A DNA stretch of 62,839 bases, the filler included, from Sphacelaria rigidula (taxonomy: Eukaryota), in the NCBI GenBank assembly GCA_964200075.2. It is 4 parts of 4 records of this genome, joined end to end, with 100 filler letters (N's around TTAATTAATTAA, not from the genome) between each part and the next. Parts side by side here need not be neighbours in the genome. Positions count along the whole stretch, not along the records: positions 47,216 to 62,839 come from CAXNAA020001664.1; 3 more parts are not named here. The stretch is one strand, 5' to 3'. Positions 50,201 through 62,839 of this stretch are shown piece after piece; the first letter of the stretch is position 1, and the number at the start of each line of letters is the position of its first letter. The notes under the pieces were generated by a model. That model had not been told where the DNA came from and searched no databases. It worked only from the letters and a program-made list of their open reading frames with translations. The translations under genes and the position numbers were made by a program.

Positions 50201-53200
50201 ACTCGATATTAGAGTGGCTGACGTAGGTTACTTCATCGAAGAGACGGATGTCCAATTTACTTTAACTGAGTATAAGTGACCTGAGTCACTTCACCCAACA
50301 GTTGGTCGCCGAGAGAATGAGAAGCCATGTAAAAATTTACCCTGTATTTGAGGATATCCGCAAAAGGCGTTGATCGACAAACGTTTTTCGATTCATTATG
50401 TCAACAGCGAGGTACATTTTTTATGCATCAACTACTGTACTACTCCGAACTACACACAGTTCAAGCTCGATATAAAAACCTCAGCAGCGATATGTAGCAA
50501 AACATATTTTGGGCTGTTTCCCCCGGCATCGTGACACATCAGAGAGCATCAGTGCATCGTAATAATTCAGTGTTTTCCCTTTTCGATGAAAGGGTATGGC
50601 AGGAGGCAATAGTATTATTATTAGTTAATTAAAGGTTGATTAAGGATGGATGGATGGATAGTTGGATTGTATTTTTTGGACAGAGGGGAAGACAATATGG
50701 AGGCTTTCGACCTTGTTTTTTTTTATGTTACGTTGATTTGGTGCTCCAGTTGGAAGTGTCGCCACACAGTTCCAAATGGTTCCACATGCATTGGGTGCAG
50801 AAAAGAAACCATCCTGGGAACAGCGGTGATCACAATCAGCACGGACAGCTGACGCAACAGGCATTAGCAGTCCGTGGAAAGATCAGCACGGCAAGGGGGT
50901 TGCGTCACTGCGCAAATCGCAAGCGGTTGCTGCTCAAAACCTGCCCCGCTGCGGGAGTTGGCTCAAGTAGTACTCTGGTCTCAGAGCTGCGGGCGGCACT
51001 CTGCTGTGTCTGGCGTGGACCTAGAGTTGTACATTGTCGCATAAATTCAACGCGATCTCCATGACTTTGAGACTATCATCATGCCCGCTGCGCAAGCTCT
51101 GGTACTGTCCGTAAGGTGGCGTTGCACCCTTGCCAGATAGCTTTGCGAGGGTCCTTCGCGGAACCCACAGTTGGCGCGAGTTAGAGCAAACACGTTGAGT
51201 CCAGTACCCTCAGATACATAACGGAGCCTAAGGATCGCTTGTTAGCTGTGTTGCTTCGAGCGTTGATCCCCTGAGCGAGCTTATGTTTTGTGACACAGCT
51301 GGTCGGATCGATTGCTGCCTTCGCCCCTGTTTGATATGATACCTTCTACAATTGCCGTCACATTAGCAGTGTTGGATGATAGAAACAACGGCTATGGTAA
51401 TAGAACGCACATAGCACCCTGAGTGCCTAGCATCACCGAACGTGTGGCTTCAACATCCACCTGAGGCATCAACCACGATGTACTCGAAGTTGCGGCATCA
51501 CGAGACACGACGTGCGCCTTGTGCCGATGTCTAACCCTGGCTTCACCATTTGTTGCAAAGGTCCGAAGGCACAGCACTGAATTCGGTGATGTATCACGAT
51601 CGAAGGACGACAACACGTTGAACCTTGTCGCGATAGGTGACGGTACCGAAAGCTTTCAGCTCGTCCAGCTCGTCTACAAATGAGGAAATTGAAGACGAAA
51701 AAAAAGTGTCAACCTCATTTATTTTTGGCGCGCCCCTGGGGGGGCGGGGCTAGACCGGGATTTATGTGTCCGCATGCCCTTGTTTATTGCACTGTTCCTG
51801 TCTGGGCAATGGTCAGCATCGTTAAACACTACGCATTGTGCCGCCCGGCGCGGATCGCCGATACTAAAGCATCGTTCACGCGGCGCTGGGCGCGGTGTGC
51901 TCGGGTTATGAGTGCACGCAAGAACGTGACCCTCAGAACAGTCATTCACCTGAGCAGCCAACACGAAGAAATGTCAAGTTGTTTGGAAGATCTACGAGAT
52001 TGATTTCCGCCACGACCCACCCTTTCATCTGCGTCGCCTGTAAGATACGACTCATGGAACCCGAAGCCTTCCGAGTATCTCCCTACTTCCAACAGTCGGG
52101 ACGACACATCGAGGAACAGCACAGCATTTTCGCGCAGTTTTGCAATAAAAATTGTACTCCCCATCCCCCCCATACTCACTGTTTACTTCAGTACCTTCAG
52201 CACCTTGTTGTGCTGCGTTACGCCCCTCACCTGTTAGTGTCCAGCAACCTCAATACTCTGGGAGTGACGGAAGTCTGTCGAAGTAACGGTTTATTTTGCA
52301 AAATTTTGTCCGACCGTGAGTTTTGAGGGTGCAACGAATTAGTTATTGGTCTGCAACTTACTGGATTTTAGTGTCGGTAATTCGTGCCGTGCGAATCAGC
52401 CCTTGAGCTTTGTTCTCAGCGTTTCAATCCAGGAACGCGCAGCCCGGGCACGTGGAATGACGCGAAAATTGCGTGGAGATATTTTTGACTAGCGGTCGAC
52501 TTTTATTCTCTCTTTCGAGCAATCAGACCTAACAAATGGTGGATTTGGTGATTCGAACCGGCGATGATTCGTCCGAACCGTGGTATGTTTTTATAAACAA
52601 ATTGAGTTTCGAAAATCTCAGCACACTACTACTGTCAAGTGGAAGTAGATGTCCATGTTCTCAGCCAAACCCTCTGTAAAAGTAAGAAGGATCCTCTTCT
52701 CTGTAGACGATATGGTAGCTGCCGTAGATAATCCCTGAAACTGTTCCGAAACAAACCTTCTCTCTTCTTCTCATGAGAGATGCACCTCTCAAGTGGTGAA
52801 AAGAAGAAGCAAAGAGTACGTACCCGAGACGAGTCGACTTGACTTCAACGCCGTATTCCGACAGCTAAGGGCCAAAATCGTAAAAGACCTACGAGTCATG
52901 GAAGTATTCGGATTAAGCGTGATCATGTGAAAACCATGTGCGGTAAGATATCCGCCGTGTACCTGCAACAGTCAAAGACTACCAGGTTTCTCCGGCAGTA
53001 TCTTGTTCGTTACCTGTTCCATATCTGTTGATTCGCTCGGTGTGTTGTCGTTTACATTCGGTAATACTGCCGCTACTGGCTGGTGGCAGTGATGATATTT
53101 GAAGAAACATCAGGAGTGCGCAGATGCAAGCCCGTTCACCCCTACGCTCTACAGGGGAAGGGTTAGGTACGGCAGTGGTGAAACGAACCAGGCTCATGAT

Positions 53201-53239
53201 CCGATCACAGTTTCGTGGAGGAGAGGTTGGTGAAGTCAT

Positions 53240-53548
53240 GGTATATGTTGACGCTACCAGCCGGGGTCACAGGAGGAAGGTCAACACACGAGTTTTTTTC
53301 TGTTTTGGTTTGTCTTCGTGCTTCACCTTCCTTCTGCGGTGCTTGTCTTCATTTTTTATTGCGAGAAGGACTCAGCAGTCCCCTTTCCTCGTCGAGATTC
53401 AAGTCGAATTTTGTGTACCCACGACATGTCGCTCTCTACTGTTGGGCATTGTGTGAGGGAAAATCCTAGACCACTCTAAGATGTGAACCCACGACCCAAC
53501 CGTCAGAAGTTGTCAGGGTTACCAACTGGGCCACCGGGGCGACCAGCC
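53240..53548 (-). mobile_element. tRNA-derived SINE related to 27154-27423
   Basis: Head GGTCGCCCCGGTGGCCCAGTTGGTAACC..GGTTGGGTCGTGGGTTC. Body shared with a tail fragment at ~47987-48095. Confidence 0.65.
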
Positions 53549-54118
53549 CTGTTTGCGCGAGAAAAAGCAAGGTGTGTATAGGAATGTCAATGCGCTGTGT
53601 ACTGGAGCATTGAAGTTGTCCATGTTTTTCAGGTGAGACATGGGTGGCAGCTTCTATCCTGGAATCTGTCATTACTGTTGTAATAGTCACATGGCCGACA
53701 GTTTACAGAGGAGCAAGAGTGCTACTGATAAGATGAAGATTGAAAGCAGCTACCAATGCATTACTGTAGTGATGCACAAACGCTGCAGCTGCAGCGTCCG
53801 CCTCCTTCTCCCCTGAAAAGTAGTCGTCCAGCAGATGATATCTGAGGCAAAAGTTTTGTGGTTGACAAAAAAAATCTATCGAAAAACTGCAGCATTTTCT
53901 CAAGGACGCCCAATACTCATGAACTTTACCCGCGAAGTGACGCAGAAGCAGGAGGGAAGGAGCAGTATGAGGTACAGACAATCGCTCCCTCCCCCACCCC
54001 ATTATCAACGTTTGTGTTCCATGGTCAATGCAGGCGCGAGTGAAGTTTCAAGTCATGATAGTTTATTTAAATGTAGAGAACTTTATCACCTGGGGAAATA
54101 AGCTTATCTGGTCAAGAT

Positions 54119-55459
54119 ATGAACCCACCGTTGCCCCCCACATCCCCCCTTCCTGACCTTACGTCGTCGTCCACCCAGATCTCGCGACCAACACCGACTC
54201 TCTGTTGCAGCAGCCGTCAGCGTCGCCGTCACGGCATCGGATTCGTTGCGCCGCCGTCGGCCACGCGGCTCCGCCACAAACACACCGCCGCCCGGTCACC
54301 AATAGGAGCACTCGGTCCCCCCACTAGCATCGGAGGCTTCTACAGTAGGAGCATTAGCTGTGGCTGTAGCAGCCTGGTCACCCCCCCGCTGGGCCGCCGC
54401 TGGTGGCAGCACCCGGCTTCCGTCATTACATCCATGATTGTAGATAATCCCGCCTACACAATCGTGATTTCATGGGTGGCCGCCGCCGCCACGGTCGCCG
54501 CTGCTGTAATATCTGCGCGAGCGGGGCGGGGCTCGCTGTCGACGGTCGCCGCAACTCCCGGTGGTGCCGCCCGCGTCGTGGAAGACGCCGGCGGAAACGC
54601 TGATGACACGGGCCGGCGAACGATTGTTTCTTTCGTCAAGTGGGTGCTGACGGAGGCGTGGCGGGGAGGAGGGACGGGGAAGCGGGGGAAGATCCGCTTG
54701 AGCTCGTCTCCGCGCCGGAGCGCCAACGGACACGGGTCGATACTTAAAAAGTGGTGGGTGGGCGCGGGGATGGCGTGGCTCGTCGCGAAAAGTTTTGGAG
54801 GCGGGAGAGAAGGAAGTTCTGCTCCGCGACGGCGAGATGGGGTCAGCGCCGGCGGGAGCGCCTTCAAACCGGCGGTCGAGCCCTCGCTCACTGTGCAGTA
54901 CCCGCGACCGCAGTCTACGGCGTACCCTCGGCCTCAGTCTACGGCTTACCCGAGGCCCAGGGTTACCATTCCCACGCTGTTGGAGCTCGAGTTGGAGGAG
55001 GCGATGCACCTCTTACCAACGAAGGCAGGTGCGACCATGATCGAATTGAAGGGGTCTAAGGCGAGCAGTGCGAAAGAAGAGGACAACCCGCTGCTGAGCA
55101 GGTTCTTGTGCTGGTTTTTTGCGCGTATGATCGCGAAGCGTGCGCGCGTGGTGGAGGGGTTGGAGGTAAGCGTAGATGCGAAAAGTAACAGGGACGCCAT
55201 GAGCGGGCTGCTGCAGGCGGTGGGGATCACGTTCAATCATCTGGAGCTGCAGACCTTGAGGATCAGTGCGGGAGCGACCATTCGTATTACTGGTCTGGAC
55301 CTCAAGGTTATGACCCTGCTGTGGAGGCGATTTGATTCGTTTAAGAAGCCGTTCGAGGTGGCTGGCTCGTTCGTCTTCACTAGCGAGGATTTGTTGGCGA
55401 GCGCGATGGTGCGTCGATTGGTCCAGAACATGATGAACGCCACGTTGCGTAAGCTCGAG
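54119..55459 (+). CDS. Large exon of a host gene with a DUF2993/LmeA-like domain (start uncertain)
   Basis: VEGLEVSVDAKSNRDAMSGLLQAVGI...KPFEVAGSFVFTSEDL pattern; GTGAGA donor at 55460; YPRPQSTA tandem repeat; hydrophobic segments upstream. Confidence 0.6.
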
Positions 55460-56769
55460 GTGAGAGTTTTTTTGGCGAGTTCTGCATTCTGCGCTCGGTG
55501 CCTTCGTGAGGTGTTTTTGGTGTGCTGTGTGTGACTACGTTTTAGACGGCGCGATTTCCTCATCCAGCGTGTTTTCCGTCTTCAGTAACCAGGTGCATGA
55601 ACAGCCGTTCACAAGCTGGTCCAAAGATTCATGTTGATTTTCAGATCGTGGTATAAAACCCCGACTTGAGAAGCACGCATGGTCGTGGAATGTCATCCTT
55701 TTTCATCTCCTACTCTTTGAACAAGCCCGTCACGTATGGGAGGATTCGAGATGTACGGTGCCTGTTTGATCAGCGTGCACCCCCCTTTTGTATCAGAATA
55801 TACTACGTACGAAGTAGTATTTATTTTCCCCGTGTGGGCCCGCCTCTCACCTCCGTTTTTCGTGAAATGCGTGCTTGAACAAGCGTTGAAACCCGTTGTA
55901 TGCATGTCAAGACGGCAGCTCTGAGTAGAAATAGCTCACTGCAGACGGCACGCGGTGCTCCCTTACTCGTACCATTGCGTCCCTCAGCCGAAGACACTCT
56001 GAATGGCCAAGGGCTTTCACTGGGAGCCTCGGAGAGGTTTTAATAACAACTTACATACGATTATTTAAAGACAGTGTTCCGCCCTCGGCTCAAAATTGCA
56101 CCGCGGGAGTAAACAACAGAGTTTGCTGTGCATCGCAGTACAGGAGGTTAACGTGAACACCTGGCACGAAGCACCTGCCCGCAACTCGAAGTGCTCCTCG
56201 AGTTCTCCCTAATCGAGAATGGGGGGTTTGAGGGGAACATCAGTGTAGGCCGTATCAAAAGGCAGTGAGCAGTGGGTGGCTTTGCTGCTGTATATAACTG
56301 CTCACCGTACGGTCGGGATAGTCATTACAATCGTCTTCATTTCTGATGCATAGACAGTACGGTCGGTACGGATATGGTCCAGTAATGAGAGAAGAGGAAC
56401 ACAAAATGACAAAGCCGCATCCTTTCAGCTTTTTCAGATCCCCGCGTCCACCTGCGGAAATGGACAGAACCGTAGCCCTACGCAGCTCCCAAAGGAGGTG
56501 CACGAGGAGGATATGTATGTCGGGGTCACCGGTTTTTGCTGTTATCTCTATCGCACATTTCCTTTGATCTGTGGAGTTCCTGTGCTATCGTGGCACCGTC
56601 TATTGGCTGTTGTGTGCACCGATTGTCCGATTTCAGAAAAAATGGAGGTTTCATATGAGAAATGTAATTCTTCGTCGAGTGGCTATTGTGGACGCTACAC
56701 GTTTTCATGTTGTGATTTGTCTACACGCTGGAGAATATATGATCACTTTATCCAAGACAAAAATGTACG

Positions 56770-57485
56770 GGGTGAAGTATATGCATATTGCAGCTACTGT
56801 CGGCCGAGAATGGTTGCAGTAGGCCTTTACTTTATCCAGTACATTTTCTGTCTATTGCCCATCTTTTGACCATATCTTGCCCAGGGTGTGAAATTGTCCG
56901 ACGAGCGGTGTCTTTTTTTCCATCGTTGTGTTGTGTAAGGCACGGGTGTGTTCGGTAGGGTATGAGATTCATCTTCAGAACTGTCGAGTATGGGTACGGA
57001 AGTTTTACAGAAATTACAAAACTATCGGGTGCCGGTATGGAAGTCCCACAGAAGTTACAGAACCTGTCGGGTACGGTAAAGAGGTTGCACAGAAATCCCT
57101 CTCCCCCAACCGGGTATATCTACACTGGTGCACCCGTACCCCCGAGTGAGAGTAAACATTTCTTCCAGATCATTCGGAACTGTCGGGTACCGTTATGAGA
57201 GGTTAACAATACTTCACACGTTGGACAACATATGGTGAATAGTTGCAATAGACGAAAAACGTACTGCAGAAAGTATAGGCCTATTGCAACAAATGCCGGC
57301 CGACAAAAGTCGCAATAGGTCTGTACTCTATGCAGTACGTTTCTCGTCTGTTGCAACTATTGACCATATGTTGTCCAAGGTGTGCAATACTTGCAGAGCT
57401 GTCGGGCACCGGTATCACAAGCTTACAGAACTCACAAAACTGTCGGGTAGGGATGATACGCCCAGCTATATACCCCGAGTATACA
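56770..57485. repeat. Composite repeat with ~170-bp hairpin (57215-57385) and CAGAACTGTCGGGTAC-like subrepeats
   Basis: Inverted arms visible; related copy at 56795-56890. Confidence 0.65.
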
Positions 57486-59669
57486 AACAATCTTACCTTA
57501 TGGAACACAATATTGTACTCCTGTTTGTGGCAGCTGGTTGATCGACCATGTATACTGTCAACTGCTGTCTGCAGTGTGCGGCCGGTCCATCTCTGAAAAC
57601 ATGTGATATCTATTACATATATATATCTGTCTACATGCTGTCCTGTATTGCACGGCGGTGTTGTGCTCGCATGGCTGGCAGCGTGCTTATTTGACGTGTG
57701 TGCCGTCTGTGCGCACTGCAGTAAGCAGGCTTTCGCCGAAAAACGCAAGAAGCGAATCTCGGTACATCCGTGTGCCATGAATTTGCGTTCATCTCTGGAG
57801 CAGGCTGGTTCAGGTTGAGTACCCAAAATTCATTCGCCAGCAGATACAGAACGCCAACAACCCGCGCAGCATATTTGGTATCATAGTGACCCCCCCCCCA
57901 CGAGCAAACAGTGTGACAATAGCCAGGTTTCTTCTCGCGTCCTTTGCTGTGGCACTAGCAATGAAATATCTCTCGGCCAATCAGGGGTCTTCAAATTGTT
58001 GTGAAGTTGAAAATGTGAAATTCCAGTACGAAAAAAAAAAATCTGCCCAATATCATCATGAATCGAACCTCAGTAACCGCCATCAGCTACGCGTGGGGAA
58101 TCTAACGCAAAAAAGTGTATTTGAACAACGGTTTGAATGGGATCTGGTTATACACCACACCCATGGTTTGTGCATGTAGTGTTTGGCGTCGTCGAATTTC
58201 CATTGATACTGTGTGCATCAAACGCCCATCAAGCCCCGTGACGGTTTCTCTTATACCTGTTGTGAAATAGATCCGATCATCCTCAAACTTGGCAGTTTGG
58301 TGGAGATGAGTGCTCCACATGGAGGGAAAAAAAAAAATCAAGATTTTTTTTTAATTCAAAATTTATCTGCCCTCTACCGGTTCCGGGGTCGGGGCGTAAA
58401 GACCCCCAAAAAGTCGTTACAGAACGCCGTAGTGAAGAACACAACTCTTCACTCGTTTTGAGGTGGTGCAAGGAACGTCTGTACGTAGTTTCGTTGCGTT
58501 ACTCGAAAAACTGATCCCAAACGGTTGATGCAAGCTTGAGCGCACGAGAAAACGGTCGGTGGGAAACTGAAACTGAGTCACTGGGGGGTTCGGCAGATTA
58601 TTTTACACCTGACCCCACCTGAGGGCGATTTTTTCTCATGTGTGCTTTTTGAGTTTGTCACTGAAATCATGCACGTGTACGATGGAATACGTATTGCAAA
58701 ACTTTCAATGAACGGGTCTTGTTTCTTATTTCCCTTACTCCGCCAAAATATCCGGAGTCCCACAAGACCATATACCATCTGGAACCCCGGATATCTGGCA
58801 AAAATAGCAACTTTCACAGATGTTTTCGCAATATCCCATCATGCACGTATGCAAAACCTCACAGTCTAACGCTAAGAACCCGCGCGAGAAACCGCGGGGA
58901 GAAAAAAGTGGGCGTTCACGCTGAACCAGCCTGCAAATGATGTGTTTTCCTGTACTACGGCAAGCATAATCCGTGGCAACAATGATGATGTGAGCAAGCG
59001 GCTCATTCTCCGAACTCGCAAAATACGCCGATTACGCTCTGTTGTACACACTGCGGCCTTGCATCACGTGCTCTCCCTCTCTCTCTCGGACATCGTTCAT
59101 GCGGAGGATCGAGGAGCTGTCGACAGCGTCTGCAACGAACAAGTTTCATGTAAAAACGAGAAGATGCGTGTGCTTGAAACGATTTTTTTTCCCGTTTGAG
59201 GGTCTCGCGTTTGATTGAGTGTGGTGCCCAACGAAACGGATATCCTAAGCCATTTGTCGACTGACTGGTGTTTGTTGGGAAATACGTCGCCGTGTCAGTC
59301 GAGGAGCGGCTCGAAAAAAACTCTTAGCCGTAGGGTTAATTATGATGAACATATTTTTTGCCTTGACCTCGTCAACCAGCAAAAATCAACATCTAGAACT
59401 CCAGGTTTCCAGAAATGGTCGATTCATGCTCGATACATTTCAGTTCCAAAATGCCGTCCCAGTATTTCCACGAGGCCTTCTATCGTACGGTATCTGTGGT
59501 AATTTGCCACTACAGCCTCTGACATTCCTGGGTAGGATGTTGATGTGTAGCTGTAACCACACTACAGTGTTACAAGCAACACACACACAGAAACTAAGGA
59601 TTAATCAAGCTGGAACGAATCGTACAACTCACTCTCAGTAAACACTAGACGCTCAATCTGGCGAAAAGT

Positions 59670-60778
59670 TATATGTGCACCCGGGTGCATCTTGGGCACC
59701 CTGGGATCACGGCAAAAATACGTGCGGCTGGTGAGTGCCGCATGACTACCGCCCCGACTGTGGTGACTGGGCTCATATTTTCAATCGGAGCCAGCACAAC
59801 CAACGCAGAGTATGTAGTAGTACCAGGGCGACATGATGTCGCTCTCATTCACTCATATCTCACTACTTGTCGCGTGGTGGAGTTTGCGTGACTTCGTACT
59901 GCCAGCTCGATGATGGAAAAATGCCCTGTGTTTGATTGTCTCGAAGCTCAAAACTCTATGCTCGCATACTTTCCATCCATGTGTAATGTACACCGACAAA
60001 TCATATGAAGGGAAAAGAGGTAACGTTTTGTGTACCCAGAGAGGCACAGAGAACCCAAGGTAGAGAACGTGGCGTGTACCGGAACAGATAACATCATGGC
60101 GACTATATTATGTGCTTTTGTTTGGTAGTTGTGTTGAGTCTATCGAAACCACCACGTGCATTCATTGTACGGTCCTCTGTGTTTTTGTTGGGCTTCCGTG
60201 TACCTGCATTGACGCGTGCATCCTATTCCTGTCTGTAGGATATTATCACTTTTGCTGTAGAGACGGCACGACGCACATGGCGGTACCGATAGACTCCACA
60301 CAACTAACAAACAAGAGCACATCATGTAGTCGCCATGATGCTGTCTGTTCGGGTACAGGCCACGCTCTTTACCTTGGGTTCTCTGTGCCTCTCTGGGTAC
60401 ACACAACAGTACCTCTTGTCCTTTCATATGATTTGTCGGTGTACATTACACATGGATGGAAAGTATGCGAGCATGGAGTTGTGAGCTTCGAAAGATTGAA
60501 ACACAGGGCATTTTTTCATCTTCGAGCTGGCAGTACGAAGTCACACAGACTCGACCACGCGACGAGTAGTGAGAGATGAGAGAGGGCGACATCATGTTAC
60601 TCTGGTACTACTACATACTCTGCGTTGGTTGTGCTGGCTCCGATTGGAAGTGCGATCCAAGTCACCACGGTCGGGGCGGTGGTCATGCGGCACTTGCCAG
60701 CCGCACGTGTTTCTGCCATGATCCCAGGGTGCCGATGGTGCACCCGGGTGCACATATATATATATATATATATATATA
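59670..60778. mobile_element. ~1.1-kb fold-back element ending in (TA)n
   Basis: TATATGTGCACCCGGGTGCA... / ...TGCACCCGGGTGCACATATA; arms ~490 bp, loop ~110 bp. Confidence 0.88.
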
Positions 60779-61213
60779 TTCGGTCAATCTGGCGGAAAAG
60801 AGAGATTGTTTCAACAGTTAGCCCAGCTCAAGACTGCGGCATCTGCAGAATTACCACAAGGCATCAACGTACCACCACTACAGTAGTAGAGGACAGCGCC
60901 ACCCGTAGGTTGGGTTGACTGCCGCTGTACAATGTTCTAATAGTGCGCAATCGATGACGATAGTTGCACGTTCTGAGAAGACTACTGGGTGAGGGCGTAC
61001 TACTTACTGACTGTTTCTGTGTCTTTGGAGCTGTCTTCACTGACGTCCGTTGCACTCGCGTGCATGCGGACAAGACAACTGAGTAACGAACTATGCCTGC
61101 CATTTTGCAAGATTTCACGGATGGGCGGGTCTGGCAGCCCCCCGCATTTCGTCTAACGTCGTTGGTTGAAAGATGACAGGTGGAATCATCCACTTCGTCT
61201 CGATGACAAATCG

Positions 61214-61989
61214 TCCGTTCAATTCGTTACCGAAGAGATGCTCTGTACCCGAAGCAGATAAAAACAAAAAACAGCTCGATCTTTCTGTGGTGGAAGCCGG
61301 TCAGGTGATGTCTCACTCTGCACAAACAGCACACACTGCTCACGAATGACACTTCAAGACCGGCAATACACTGAATTGAGAGATGCAAGGAGAGCGGGGA
61401 AGGCACAAGAGCGAGAGGAGGGGGAGGAAACACCACGGCTGAAAGCACCTTCGCGTTATGGTGGATGAGGTGCTCTTTGGGCGCCGTTGCTTTGGCGGTG
61501 TCTGTCCCGAGCTGCTATCCTCCCGAGACATCTCAGAGTCCACAAGTGGGAAGAATCACAGTCTTCATTTGTCCAATTCCATTTTTCTCATGGTTGATGC
61601 ATGTGAATCACATGCGCGAATGATGAATTTAGATAGACGGTGATTTGATTCTTCCCACTTGTGGACTCTTGGATGTCTCGGGAGGATAGCAGCTCGGGAC
61701 AGACACCGCGAATGCAACGGCGCCCAAAGAGCACCTCATCTGCCACAACGCGAAGGTGCTTTCAGCCGTGGTGTTCCCTCCCTCTCCTCTCGCTCCTGTG
61801 CCTTTCCTACTCTCCTTGCATCTCTCCGTTTTGTGTATTGTCGGTCTTGAAGTTTCATTCGTGAGCAGTGTGCTGCTTGTGCGGAGTCATACATCACCTG
61901 GCCGACTTTTACTTCAGTAAAATCGAACATGTTTCTTGTTTTCATCTGCTTCGGGTACCGAGCATCTCTACAGTAAAGAATCGAACGGA
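61214..61989. mobile_element. ~780-bp fold-back element plus a diverged third arm copy at ~61990-62280
   Basis: Arms ~345 bp (e.g. GAGTCCACAAGTGGGAAGAATCA / TGATTCTTCCCACTTGTGGACTC); central GCATGTGAATCACATGC. Confidence 0.85.
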
Positions 61990-62839
61990 TGCCTTTTGAT
62001 GCTTCGGGACGATAGGAGTCCGGAGCAGACACCCCGCCATTGCAGCGGCGTCCAAAGGGCACCTCATCTGCCACAACGCGTGGGTACATTTAGTTTTGAT
62101 CTCCCCTCTCCCGCCCCACTCCCTATTGCTTCTGTACCCTGTTCTATGCAGTGCATTGATGCTTTTGGAGTGCCATTCGTGAGCATTGCATCTAGTGTCC
62201 AAGCGGGGTTAGATATCGCCTGTCCGACCTTTTTTCGAAAAGACCAAACATGCTTTGGGAAATGCTTTGGCTACTCGTAATTCGAACGTCGTGCTTCGTA
62301 CCTGAAATTCTTCAATGCTTGACTCATGCGGTACGACTCTTTCCAGTATGTTCCTCACCCTTCAGTCATTCGGTACCACTCTTGCCCAATTTTGTTTCTC
62401 AGTTTGCTCCCGTTCTTGATCGGTGTGTAACATTCTTCAATCTAATATGCATATGAACGCCGTAGAGAGAATCAACTGTGTCCACCGTGTGCGGTGGAAA
62501 TTTCTTCCAGTACATCCTCTGGGCTCACACGCGCAAACAACTTCTCGTGCTGGGAGCACGTTCACCTCGAATGTTTCCCCCGTCCTAGATTCGTTTGGTA
62601 TAACTATTTCCGACATTTTCACGCGTCGGACAGCTCATGAGTCACCTCACGATTGCTTCTTACTATAGTATCCTAAGTTCGAAATGGGCACAGCCCAAGT
62701 TGAGGTTTTCTAGTATTCTCTTCGGTGGAACTTGAATTTGCTAGCGTCGATAGATATTGGTGAAATAAACAGATCGTGGATTCCCCCTCCCCCCGGCGAC
62801 ACCCTCGCCAAATGGGCCCGGGGGGAATGGTCAGAATCC

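Noticed and set aside
48840..51680. Possible exons (Ala/Thr-rich 48880-49125; 49480-49865; 51400-51675)
   Set aside because: Some look coding, but strand and phase could not be reconciled into one model.

Overview
The window is four unrelated contigs (1-15648, 15749-31382, 31483-47115, 47216-62839; lengths 15648/15634/15633/15624, in decreasing order). They are joined by identical artificial 100-nt linkers (N44-TTAATTAATTAA-N44), so adjacency across linkers has no meaning. The DNA looks like a brown-algal (Phaeophyceae) nuclear genome; this is inferred from gene families and intron style, not from a search. Contig 1 is a gene-dense, mostly intronless, decaying giant-virus (Phaeovirus/EsV-like) insert. 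It carries a broken ~1000-codon membrane/RG-tail gene, a helical-repeat protein, a tandem pair of atypical kinases (one with a nonsense codon), a frameshifted putative CE-clan cysteine protease, an ankyrin pseudogene, a two-intron gene with EsV-1-7-type Cys repeats, an intact SNase-like nuclease and a thaumatin-like pseudogene. Its left end is a host MITE end and its right end is a 5'-truncated 5S rRNA. Contig 2 holds ten readable exons of a CLU-domain + LamG gene among LINE, SINE and MITE repeats, including two 7-unit arrays of 42-bp hairpin repeats. Contigs 3-4 are repeat-rich host DNA with an intronless 382-aa ORF (possibly Nsl1-like), a DUF2993-like exon, a tyrosine-recombinase relic and several long fold-back elements. 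All family assignments come from motifs read by eye.
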